Virus record (IMG/VR): IMGVR_UViG_3300027967_000093
Strand: one strand, 5' to 3'
Source: a virus
DNA: 64,000 nt
Made by a program: the position numbers and the translations under genes. The notes under the pieces were generated by a model that was given only the letters and a program-made list of their open reading frames with translations, searched no databases and was not told the origin of the DNA. Positions 8,442 through 16,371 of the stretch are shown piece after piece. Positions within the stretch are counted from its first letter, which is position 1. Each line of letters begins with the position of its first letter.

Positions 8442-9661
8442 TGAAATTTAAAGAATTTATCACAGAACAAAAGAACACCCACATGACGCATATCGAAGAT
8501 AAAGTCATTTACGGGGGTGTGAATGGTACACGGCAAGCAATCCTTGCACTGCGAGAATTGCGTGATATGTTGTCCGGTAAACACAGCGGAAAAGTCTCGG
8601 TAAAATGGGATGGTGCGCCTGCAATCTTCTGTGGACAAGACCCACGGGACGGTGAGTTCTTTGTTGCGAAGAAAGGTATATTTAATAAGAACCCAAAGGT
8701 ATATAAAACTAATGCAGAAATTGAAGAAGACACTTCGGGAGACCTTGCGGACAAACTTAAAGACGCTCTTAAATATCTACCAAGTCTTGGTATTAAAGGT
8801 GTTATTCAGGGCGACTTTCTTTTTGGTCGAGGTGATGTACAGACTAAGACAATCGATGGACAAAAATATGTAACGTTCCATCCTAATACAATTGTGTATG
8901 CAGTACCGGAAGAACAGGCGCAATCAGTTAAGGCTGCAAAAATCGGTATAGTGTGGCACACTACATATACTGGTAGTTCTTTTGAGACGATGAAGGCATC
9001 CTATGGTGTTGATGTATCGAAACTTAAAAAGTCTACTACTGTATGGTCACAAGATGCAATGCTTCGTGATTTATCTAACGCAACAATGACAACTAAAGAA
9101 ACGGAGAAAGTGAATGAATATCTTTCGCAAGCTGGTAAACTTTTTAACCAAATTAGTGGGACGACCCTCAGAACCCTCGAAGGAAACCCCACCCTCGCCC
9201 AAACCATCGAAACCTACGGAAACACCAAAGTCCGCAAAGGCGAAGTCATCGGCAACTCGAAAACCCACGTCAAAGGTCTCATCAAATACATCAACGACAA
9301 GTACCAAAAAGAAATCGACAAGCGCAAAACCGAAAAGGGTAAGCAAGCCCAAGAAACCAAACGCGAAGAAATAATGTCGTTCTTTTCACCTGCAAATCGA
9401 GCATCTCTAGAAAAGATGTTCGAATTGCAAAAAATGATAGTTCTTGCAAAGTTAACTCTTATAAATAAACTTAACAGTTTAAAAGATATTGACACTTTTG
9501 TTAAAACCAAAACTGGTTATAAAGTAACTGGTGAAGAAGGTTATGTGGCAATAGATAAACTTGGTGGTGATGCGGTGAAACTTGTTGACCGTATGGAATT
9601 CTCATACAACAACTTTTCACCCGATATATTAAAAGGCTGGGACACACCTAGTCGTACTTAA
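8441..9661 (+). CDS. DUF6267-like protein with ATP-dependent ligase motifs; putative internal head protein
   Basis: MKFKEFITEQ; HMTHIED; KWDG (motif I), IQGDF (III), EGYV (IV), VKLV (V). Confidence 0.7.
   Translation: MKFKEFITEQKNTHMTHIEDKVIYGGVNGTRQAILALRELRDMLSGKHSGKVSVKWDGAPAIFCGQDPRDGEFFVAKKGIFNKNPKVYKTNAEIEEDTSGDLADKLKDALKYLPSLGIKGVIQGDFLFGRGDVQTKTIDGQKYVTFHPNTIVYAVPEEQAQSVKAAKIGIVWHTTYTGSSFETMKASYGVDVSKLKKSTTVWSQDAMLRDLSNATMTTKETEKVNEYLSQAGKLFNQISGTTLRTLEGNPTLAQTIETYGNTKVRKGEVIGNSKTHVKGLIKYINDKYQKEIDKRKTEKGKQAQETKREEIMSFFSPANRASLEKMFELQKMIVLAKLTLINKLNSLKDIDTFVKTKTGYKVTGEEGYVAIDKLGGDAVKLVDRMEFSYNNFSPDILKGWDTPSRT
9114..9374 (+). CDS. nested (+1 frame) small protein: amphipathic N-terminus plus P/S/T/K-rich basic tail
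   Basis: GGAG 9103-9106, ATG 9114; only 2 of 71 host-gene codons (9161-9373) end in T versus about 40% in a flanking sample. Confidence 0.7.
   Translation: MNIFRKLVNFLTKLVGRPSEPSKETPPSPKPSKPTETPKSAKAKSSATRKPTSKVSSNTSTTSTKKKSTSAKPKRVSKPKKPNAKK
9460..9467 (+). promoter_or_regulatory. internal T4-type late promoter
   Basis: TATAAATA about 220 nt upstream of ORF 9686. Confidence 0.5.
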
Positions 9662-9685
9662 TGGGATAAACCAGAGGAAATAGAA

Positions 9686-10081
9686 GTGGCAAAGAAACCG
9701 CTTAGATTCAAAGAATTCGACTCCGTTGATACCAACGAAGAAGTCGCGCAAGAGGCATTGACCGTACAACAACGTATGGCGAAGTCTCGTCAGATGAAGA
9801 AACTTGCACCCAAAATCGCAATCGGCCGCAAACGCGCTGCCCGTAAGATGGCGAATATGGATACCATCAAAAAACGTGCACGTAAAGCCGCACGTAATAT
9901 TATCCTAAAGAAACTAACTAAAGATATCCCCAAAGACGAGTTGTCAATGTCTCGCAGACAGGACATTGAGAAAAGACTAGATAAGATGAAACCTAAGATT
10001 GACAAACTCGCACAGAAAATGTTACCGAAGGTTCGTAAGAAAGAACTTGAACGTAAAAAAGGGGGCCCAAGTGCCGATTAA
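9686..10081 (+). CDS. conserved basic protein, putative internal head/DNA-binding protein
   Basis: GTG with GAGG RBS; LRFKEF...QEALTVQQRMAKSRQMKK; very K/R-rich. Confidence 0.7.
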   Translation: MAKKPLRFKEFDSVDTNEEVAQEALTVQQRMAKSRQMKKLAPKIAIGRKRAARKMANMDTIKKRARKAARNIILKKLTKDIPKDELSMSRRQDIEKRLDKMKPKIDKLAQKMLPKVRKKELERKKGGPSAD

Positions 10082-11891
10082 GAATTTTTCCCAATACCTC
10101 ATCGAAGAGGAAAGGGAGGTTTATTTTACCTTTGGTAGAATGAACCCACCTACTATTGGGCATGGGAAAGTGATGGATACTCTTGCAGCGAAGTCTGGTA
10201 AGAGTGATTATAAAGTATATCTGTCACACTCACAGAATCCCAAGAAAGACCCACTGTCCTATGTGGAGAAAGTGAAACACACTCGTAAAATGTTTCCAAA
10301 ACATGCACGTCAAGTAATGTTAGATAAGGATGTCAAGTCCGTATTTGATATTGCAGTAAAACTATATGACCAAGGTTATACTAAGATTAATATGGTTGTT
10401 GGTGCAGACCGTATACGTGAGTTCGATGTATTGTTGAATAAGTACAACGGTACAAAGGCACGTCATGGTTTCTACAATTTCAAAAAGATTAATGTCATAT
10501 CTGCGGGTGAACGTGACCCCGATGCAACTGGTGTCGAGGGTATGTCCGCGTCTAAACAACGTGCGAATGCAGAGAAAAATGATTTTGTTACCTTTGCACA
10601 GGGTGTACCAAAAGGTATGTCCAACAAAGATACACGTGCACTATTCAATGATGTACGTAAAGGTATGGGACTCAAGGAAGAAAGAGAATTTAAAAACCAC
10701 ATCGAACTAGAAACTGTTTCTGAAACAAGAGAACAGTACGTGTCAGGTGAACTGTACAATGTAGGTGATTTGGTAGTAATCAAAGAAAGTGACGAGGTTG
10801 GTACTGTATTAGTCCTTGGTGCTAACTATGTAATTGTAGAAACGGCCAACGGTAAGTTACGTAAATGGTTAGATGCTGTAGACCTACTAGAGAAACAAGA
10901 CTCAGATATCAAAGATCGTGAAGGTACACAACCTGCACGTTATCACTCTGGACTGAAGAAGTCCACCAAAGTTGCACGTGATGCACACTTCAAGAAACAC
11001 GGTAAGAAAGCAGACGATGATGCATCTGCATACAAACCTGCTCCTGGCGATGCAACTGCACAGACCAAACCTTCTAAGTACACCAAACAGTTCAAAGATA
11101 TGTACGAAGAAGTCTCTCAGAAACAACTCAATGACCTTGAGAAGTTTGGTGACAGACTCCTTGCAAAGTATGATATCGATATAGAATTCACACGTCACTT
11201 CGCTGACCGTATGAACGACTCTCGTAACAAACCTGAGATTAAGGTCACTGAACTACAGAAGTTGTTCAAAAAGATTGCAAAAGAAAAAGGTCGGAACATC
11301 AAAAAACATGGTGATTCAGAGGCAGTCCTGAAGGATATGCAGTCTGACCTTAACTTACCTGTAGTAATCAACTACAAGAACGGTGAGTTTGAAGTTATTA
11401 ACAAAACAATAATGCGCAAGAAAGACTTTAAGACTACTAGTCCTGAAGTTAAGTACGAGTCTGTCGAACAGATTGACGAGTTACTTGGAAGATATATCGA
11501 TAATCTCGAAGGCCCATTGGCGGGTCGTTTCTGGGATAAGATTATTAACGCAGATGTGTACAAGACAGTTATCGCAACCTTCAGAAAAGAACTTCAAAAA
11601 AGTTCTGCGGGTCAAAGAAACAAATTAGGATTTATGTCAGATATCGCACGTAGGTATGGCGCGAATGGTCGTAGTGCGGCAGAGATATTCCACAAGTTAA
11701 TCAAGAAAGGTGTTATTCCCGAGAAGGAAGCGTTCTATCCAAACTTCAGTATGAAGGAAGAACTTGATCCGGTTAAGACTGCACGTGATGCAATCGAACG
11801 TGAGAAAGAGTCTGATAAGAAGAAACACGATTCTATTCTAGACCGTGCAAGACTTGCACGTGCAAAACAAAAGAATAGGAAAACTAAATGA
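10071..11891 (+). CDS. cytidylyltransferase-like (HIGH superfamily) nucleotidyltransferase, multidomain polyprotein
   Basis: GTG 10071 (MPIKNFSQYLIEEE); FTFGRMNPPTIGH, VVGADR, SAGERDPD, MSASKQR; followed by several extra modules. Confidence 0.8.
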   Translation: MPIKNFSQYLIEEEREVYFTFGRMNPPTIGHGKVMDTLAAKSGKSDYKVYLSHSQNPKKDPLSYVEKVKHTRKMFPKHARQVMLDKDVKSVFDIAVKLYDQGYTKINMVVGADRIREFDVLLNKYNGTKARHGFYNFKKINVISAGERDPDATGVEGMSASKQRANAEKNDFVTFAQGVPKGMSNKDTRALFNDVRKGMGLKEEREFKNHIELETVSETREQYVSGELYNVGDLVVIKESDEVGTVLVLGANYVIVETANGKLRKWLDAVDLLEKQDSDIKDREGTQPARYHSGLKKSTKVARDAHFKKHGKKADDDASAYKPAPGDATAQTKPSKYTKQFKDMYEEVSQKQLNDLEKFGDRLLAKYDIDIEFTRHFADRMNDSRNKPEIKVTELQKLFKKIAKEKGRNIKKHGDSEAVLKDMQSDLNLPVVINYKNGEFEVINKTIMRKKDFKTTSPEVKYESVEQIDELLGRYIDNLEGPLAGRFWDKIINADVYKTVIATFRKELQKSSAGQRNKLGFMSDIARRYGANGRSAAEIFHKLIKKGVIPEKEAFYPNFSMKEELDPVKTARDAIEREKESDKKKHDSILDRARLARAKQKNRKTK

Positions 11892-12154
11892 TTAATTTCA
11901 AAAAATACCTTGCCGAAGCACGTTATTCAATGTATGATGTAATAGATGAAGAGGGTGAAGGACTTGCTGGTAAAGCGAAGAAGTCTGGTATCTCGGTAGA
12001 TACATTGAGAAAAGTTTATAACCGTGGTGTTGCGGCATGGAAGACGGGACACCGTCCAGGCACTACTCCACAGCAATGGGGATATGCGAGAGTAAACGCA
12101 TTCATCGTTAAAAAGAAAAAAGGCAATTTAAACCACGATAAGGATCTTGCATAA
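11888..12154 (+). CDS. DUF5824-like protein, putative internal head protein
   Basis: MINFKKYLAEA; LRKVYNRGVAAWKTGHRPGTTPQQWGYARVN. Confidence 0.7.
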   Translation: MINFKKYLAEARYSMYDVIDEEGEGLAGKAKKSGISVDTLRKVYNRGVAAWKTGHRPGTTPQQWGYARVNAFIVKKKKGNLNHDKDLA

Positions 12155-13297
12155 ATGAAGTCGTTTCAAGAATTACGTGAGAAGTCAGTCTCACAAGCCC
12201 AACAAAAGATGATGGGTATGGCACTCGCATACAAACGTGGTGAGATGGACGATGTGTCACCCGAAGTCAAGAAGATGGCGGACTCTATGTCTACCAAAGA
12301 CCTCGAAGACTTCGCAAAGACCAAACACAAAGGCCTGCCTGATCGAAAAGAATCAGTCGAACTTGACGAAGCAGTTAAAACGAGAGTTTATAAAAGTGGA
12401 AAGTATTGGCTTGTTGATGTATCAAGTTCTAAGATTGACTACACTGATTGGGGCCCTACTGGCAGAGGTTTTGCTAATGAAAAGGATGCTCAAGAATTTG
12501 CCAAACACATGCAAAAATCTGTAAAAGAATCTGTTTCAGAAGGTGCGATGTCTGACTTCCATCTGATGGTTAAAGAGAAGGTACCTGCTGCGAAGATTGC
12601 TAAGGAACTTGGACTTGACCTCAAGACCGTGAAGAAACTGATGAAAGATATGAAGGAATCAGTAGACCTCGAAGAAGGTAAACTACCTCCGCATCTAGCG
12701 AAGTTCTTTGATAAGAAAGGTGAATTAAAACCTGAAGTTCTTGACCGTCTAAAGAAAAGTAAAAAGGGTCATGAATTTCTGATGGGTAAAGATGTTGCAC
12801 CTAAAGGTTATGGTGTAAAAGAAGAAGTTGAACTTGACGAAGCAATGCGCGGTGGTAATGCTAAAACTTTCAAAACATTAGAAGATTGGTTAATGGCGGT
12901 TCTTGATATTAAAGGCACAACTGTATCTAAAATGGGTAATACATTAAGAGTTAACGGTTTAGGTCGTACACAATCTGCTACGTTTGAATTGAAGAAAGGT
13001 CGTGGTTCTTTACTAGAAGCACGTAAAGACTCATCTGCCGATTTGTATTTCAAGACTTACTCTGCCGCAGTACAACACGCAAAATCACAAGCAGAGAAGA
13101 AAGGTTTCGAAGTTGTCGAAGACGATTGGTTCAATCAAGTAACTACGGGTAAGGGTAAACCAGGCCGTGGTAAGACTACACGTCATACACTGAAGTTGAC
13201 TAAGAACGGTAAACCTGTACGTCAAGGTCTGTCGATTCAAGTCTACAACCGTGACACTGATACGAACCCATACGAACTTAACTTCTACGTGAGTTAA
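12155..13297 (+). CDS. modular polyprotein (DUF3008-like N-terminal module), putative internal head protein
   Basis: MKSFQELREK; SQAQQKMMGMAL...DLEDFAKTKHKGLP; repeated linkers KESVELDEA/KESVSEG/KESVDLEEG/KEEVELDEA. Confidence 0.7.
   Translation: MKSFQELREKSVSQAQQKMMGMALAYKRGEMDDVSPEVKKMADSMSTKDLEDFAKTKHKGLPDRKESVELDEAVKTRVYKSGKYWLVDVSSSKIDYTDWGPTGRGFANEKDAQEFAKHMQKSVKESVSEGAMSDFHLMVKEKVPAAKIAKELGLDLKTVKKLMKDMKESVDLEEGKLPPHLAKFFDKKGELKPEVLDRLKKSKKGHEFLMGKDVAPKGYGVKEEVELDEAMRGGNAKTFKTLEDWLMAVLDIKGTTVSKMGNTLRVNGLGRTQSATFELKKGRGSLLEARKDSSADLYFKTYSAAVQHAKSQAEKKGFEVVEDDWFNQVTTGKGKPGRGKTTRHTLKLTKNGKPVRQGLSIQVYNRDTDTNPYELNFYVS
12359..12844 (+). repeat. 15-nt direct repeat GAACTTGACGAAGCA encoding the ELDEA linker (12359-12373 and 12830-12844)
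   Basis: identical 15-mers flank internal modules. Confidence 0.7.
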
Positions 13298-13298
13298 T

Positions 13299-13649
13299 AT
13301 GAAAACTTTTAATCACTACAATGAGATAGACGAACATTGCGAATGTAATGATTTGTACGAAGACTTAGAATTAACAGAGTCCGAGTATCAAGGAAAGAAA
13401 GTCACGTTGAACAATCCCATTCGTACATCCGAGAACCCCAACAAGAAGTTCAAGGTGTACGTTAAGAATGAATCTGGTAAGGTTGTTGTGGTTAGGTTTG
13501 GTGACCCTAATATGGATATTAAGAGAGACGACCCCAATAGACGTAAGTCATTCCGAGCAAGGCACAACTGTGCGAATCCCGGCCCCAAATGGAAAGCAAG
13601 ATACTGGTCTTGTTACCAATGGCGCGCAGGTTCTAAAGTCGATAACTAA
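13299..13649 (+). CDS. conserved viral protein (DUF6321/DUF5754-like)
   Basis: KKFKVYVKN...VRFGDPNM...RRKSFRARHNC...ARYWSC. Confidence 0.7.
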   Translation: MKTFNHYNEIDEHCECNDLYEDLELTESEYQGKKVTLNNPIRTSENPNKKFKVYVKNESGKVVVVRFGDPNMDIKRDDPNRRKSFRARHNCANPGPKWKARYWSCYQWRAGSKVDN

Positions 13650-13657
13650 TATAAATA
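13650..13657 (+). promoter_or_regulatory. T4-type late promoter
   Basis: TATAAATA. Confidence 0.65.
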
Positions 13658-13670
13658 AATGGGGTAACTG

Positions 13671-13946
13671 ATGGCCAGCGATGACCACCGATTAGATAGA
13701 ATTGAAGAGAAGATAGATAAACTATCCGAAGCAATGGTATCTCTCGCAAGAACAGAGGAAAAGATATTATCTATGGAACAAAACCATAGAAATCATTATG
13801 AGAGAATGAATCGATTCTCTGAGAAACTCGATGCTATCGAGACTAAGGTTAATGAGAATGCACATACTGTGTCTATTATTAATCGTGTAACTGTAATAGG
13901 TGTTGCCGCAGTGATTGGCGCCATCATAAAAATGTTTTGGTTTTAA
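13671..13946 (+). CDS. coiled-coil protein with C-terminal TM helix
   Basis: RLDRIEEKIDKL heptads; VTVIGVAAVIGAII. Confidence 0.7.
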   Translation: MASDDHRLDRIEEKIDKLSEAMVSLARTEEKILSMEQNHRNHYERMNRFSEKLDAIETKVNENAHTVSIINRVTVIGVAAVIGAIIKMFWF

Positions 13947-13970
13947 CAATAACAACGGAGACTAGACAAT

Positions 13971-14750
13971 ATGTCTGATTTAAAGAAAACAGCGGAGGCA
14001 TATTTGCAAATGGTCTCTGAGAAAAAAGAAGTCGTATGTGAGAAGTGTGGTGAAGTCCACGAAGGTTCTTGCATGGACGAGAAGAAAGAACTCGACCCTG
14101 TAAATGATGCAGAGAACGATAAGAAGTTTAAAGACCGTAAAGACAAAGACATCGATAACGATGGAGATGTTGATTCTTCGGACGAGTTCCTGCACAAGAA
14201 ACGTGCCGCAACTGATGACGCGATTGACGGTGGTAAGAAACCTGCCAAGAACGTGAAGGAAGAGAAGGACGAAGAGGAAGAACCTAAGAAGAAAATGCCA
14301 CCCAAGAAAGATGGTGATGCAGACGAAGGTGAAACCGAAGCAGAAAAAGAAGACGATGACGCCGAAGCAGTTGAAGCAGACGGTGAAGGTGATGCAGAGA
14401 AACCTGTTAAGAAGAAAAAGAAGACTGATGAAAATCCTAAGACTTCTGACTCTACCGCAGAGATTTCTAAGATTGAATCTGTAAACGCCCGTGAAGCATT
14501 CATTGCGATGTGGTCTGAAATTGAAGAAGCTGTCAGGAGCAATCAGAAGAAAGGTGCAACTGAACCTGAGAAGATTGACTCTAAGGCATCTGGTAAAGAA
14601 AAAGAGTTTGTTGCAAAACATCCTGTTGACGCTAAAGACCACGATGAACTAGAAAAGGTTGAAGAACCTAAAGAACGCACAGTGAAGAAAGAGATGGCAG
14701 AGTTCGAAGTAATTCGTGCATTGTTGTCAGGAAAACCCACCGGAGAATAA
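13971..14750 (+). CDS. highly charged low-complexity protein (scaffold/internal-protein-like) with DxDxDG loop
   Basis: GGAG RBS; DIDNDGDVDSSDE; E/K/D-rich. Confidence 0.7.
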   Translation: MSDLKKTAEAYLQMVSEKKEVVCEKCGEVHEGSCMDEKKELDPVNDAENDKKFKDRKDKDIDNDGDVDSSDEFLHKKRAATDDAIDGGKKPAKNVKEEKDEEEEPKKKMPPKKDGDADEGETEAEKEDDDAEAVEADGEGDAEKPVKKKKKTDENPKTSDSTAEISKIESVNAREAFIAMWSEIEEAVRSNQKKGATEPEKIDSKASGKEKEFVAKHPVDAKDHDELEKVEEPKERTVKKEMAEFEVIRALLSGKPTGE

Positions 14751-14753
14751 ATT

Positions 14754-15068
14754 ATGATTAAAGCACCTAAGTGGTGTTCACAGGCAGTTCCTTCACCTCG
14801 TGGTTGGGTTGACCCAATCACAGGTGAGTTGTTTGTGTCCAAACGTTTTACCCCCGAACAGATCGAAGAGTTTAATGGGGAGACTACTGAAGTTCTGGAA
14901 CAAATGTATGCAGAACCGGAAGTTGTTCCTCCTATGTTGCATGAAGCTCCTGTACACACGTCCCTAGAAGACATGACTAAGGTACAACTTATTGCACTCG
15001 CAGAACAACTGGGAGTTGATGTTAAGAAGAGTTCTACGAAGGCAGTATTAATAGAACAACTTTCTTAA
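14754..15068 (+). CDS. protein with C-terminal Rho-N/HeH-like domain
   Basis: LEDMTKVQLIALAEQLGVDVKKSSTKAVLIEQL. Confidence 0.65.
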   Translation: MIKAPKWCSQAVPSPRGWVDPITGELFVSKRFTPEQIEEFNGETTEVLEQMYAEPEVVPPMLHEAPVHTSLEDMTKVQLIALAEQLGVDVKKSSTKAVLIEQLS

Positions 15069-15085
15069 TATAATTTCGGTATATT

Positions 15086-16009
15086 ATGAAATTTTATGTT
15101 TTAGTCTCGAGTTCTATTCAAGGACTCTATAGAAATTGTGTATCACTTCCAAGAAAAGATACGGTAGTTGTCATCAATACGATTGATGATAATTACCGCA
15201 ACTTGGCAGAAACCTACTGTAAAAAATTCAATATAGAATACTATATCACCGAGTCTGATGGTACCGCAGCCACAGGTAAGAATTCGGTCATAGACCTATT
15301 CCTTGCAAGTGACAATGAGTACATGGTACAGGTAGACGGTGATGACCTTATTACCCCCCATGGTATCAAGGTGTATACAGAACTCTCTAAGGTAGAAAGT
15401 CCCCCTGATATGGTGATACTATACCGACAACCTCAAATATCACTCAACCTCAACAACTTTGAATGGTTGTATAATGAATGGGATGGTAAGTTACAGTCAT
15501 TGTCTGATGCATGGGAGTTGAAATACCCATTCGACAAATCAGACCCCACTTATCTTCAACACACGAAATCGGTTCTATATCACTACTTCATAACTAAATG
15601 TACTCCAGATGAAGACCTCGCAAGACAGTGGGCGATAGATAGATTTGAGTTCAACGAACGGATGAACACATACGGTGAAGTGCGAGAGTATATGTGTAGG
15701 ATGGTATTCTACTCTAGGAAGGCAGCAGAACATGTTAGATTCAACAACAACTTAATGGTTGGAGAGGATACTATACAGTTCTTAAAAATGAAGAAACTTG
15801 CACTAGAGGGTAAACTCACTATCCTACGAAGGAAAGAGAGGGAGATACCCACATACCTATATACTAACGACCCGACACAGTTAACACAACGTTTCTATAA
15901 GAGTGGAAAAGACTGGTCGTGGATTAGGCCTTTTCTTATTGAGTTTGATAAGATAAAAGACGAATTAATTAAACACAAAAGTTTACCGGAATTCAAAGAC
16001 CCTGTATGA
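15086..16009 (+). CDS. GT-A-like glycosyltransferase-related protein
   Basis: VVVINT, TESDGTAATGKNS, YMVQVDGDD, GED. Confidence 0.55.
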   Translation: MKFYVLVSSSIQGLYRNCVSLPRKDTVVVINTIDDNYRNLAETYCKKFNIEYYITESDGTAATGKNSVIDLFLASDNEYMVQVDGDDLITPHGIKVYTELSKVESPPDMVILYRQPQISLNLNNFEWLYNEWDGKLQSLSDAWELKYPFDKSDPTYLQHTKSVLYHYFITKCTPDEDLARQWAIDRFEFNERMNTYGEVREYMCRMVFYSRKAAEHVRFNNNLMVGEDTIQFLKMKKLALEGKLTILRRKEREIPTYLYTNDPTQLTQRFYKSGKDWSWIRPFLIEFDKIKDELIKHKSLPEFKDPV

Positions 16010-16371
16010 GTGATATCGAACTGAACCACAAAACCCTTTTACTGTTTGCAGCGAAGAACTATTATAATCCTACCTGCATAGACAGCGAAGAGTTTTTCAC
16101 TGACATGAAGAGGTTCAAGTATGTCAAGAGACTACTGAATCGTTATCGTGACACCGGAGAACTATCCGAAAGACTAATATTGAACCACTTGATTGTCATA
16201 TTCAATTGTTGGGGGTTCGAGTCAGGTATCGAGATGTTGGCACTCAAGATAGAACCTGAACTATGGTCTGCACTAAAACCGTTCCTTATATTCCTAAAAG
16301 CTATCCATCCAGATGAACTTACAGGTATAGAAATGGATAAATATGTAATAAACACACTGAGAGAAATTTGA
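16006..16371 (+). CDS. conserved T4-like phage protein
   Basis: KNYYNP..EEF..DMKRFKYVKRLL...ERLILNHLI. Confidence 0.75.
   Translation: MSDIELNHKTLLLFAAKNYYNPTCIDSEEFFTDMKRFKYVKRLLNRYRDTGELSERLILNHLIVIFNCWGFESGIEMLALKIEPELWSALKPFLIFLKAIHPDELTGIEMDKYVINTLREI

Noticed and set aside
9071-9352. Minus-strand 93-aa ORF over the T-poor segment
   Set aside because: By-product of the compositional bias created by the plus-strand nested ORF; no RBS and antisense to a late operon
13943-14974. Long minus-strand ORFs (199, 220, 143 aa)
   Set aside because: S/F-rich mirror images of the E/K/D-rich plus-strand gene; no RBS or motifs
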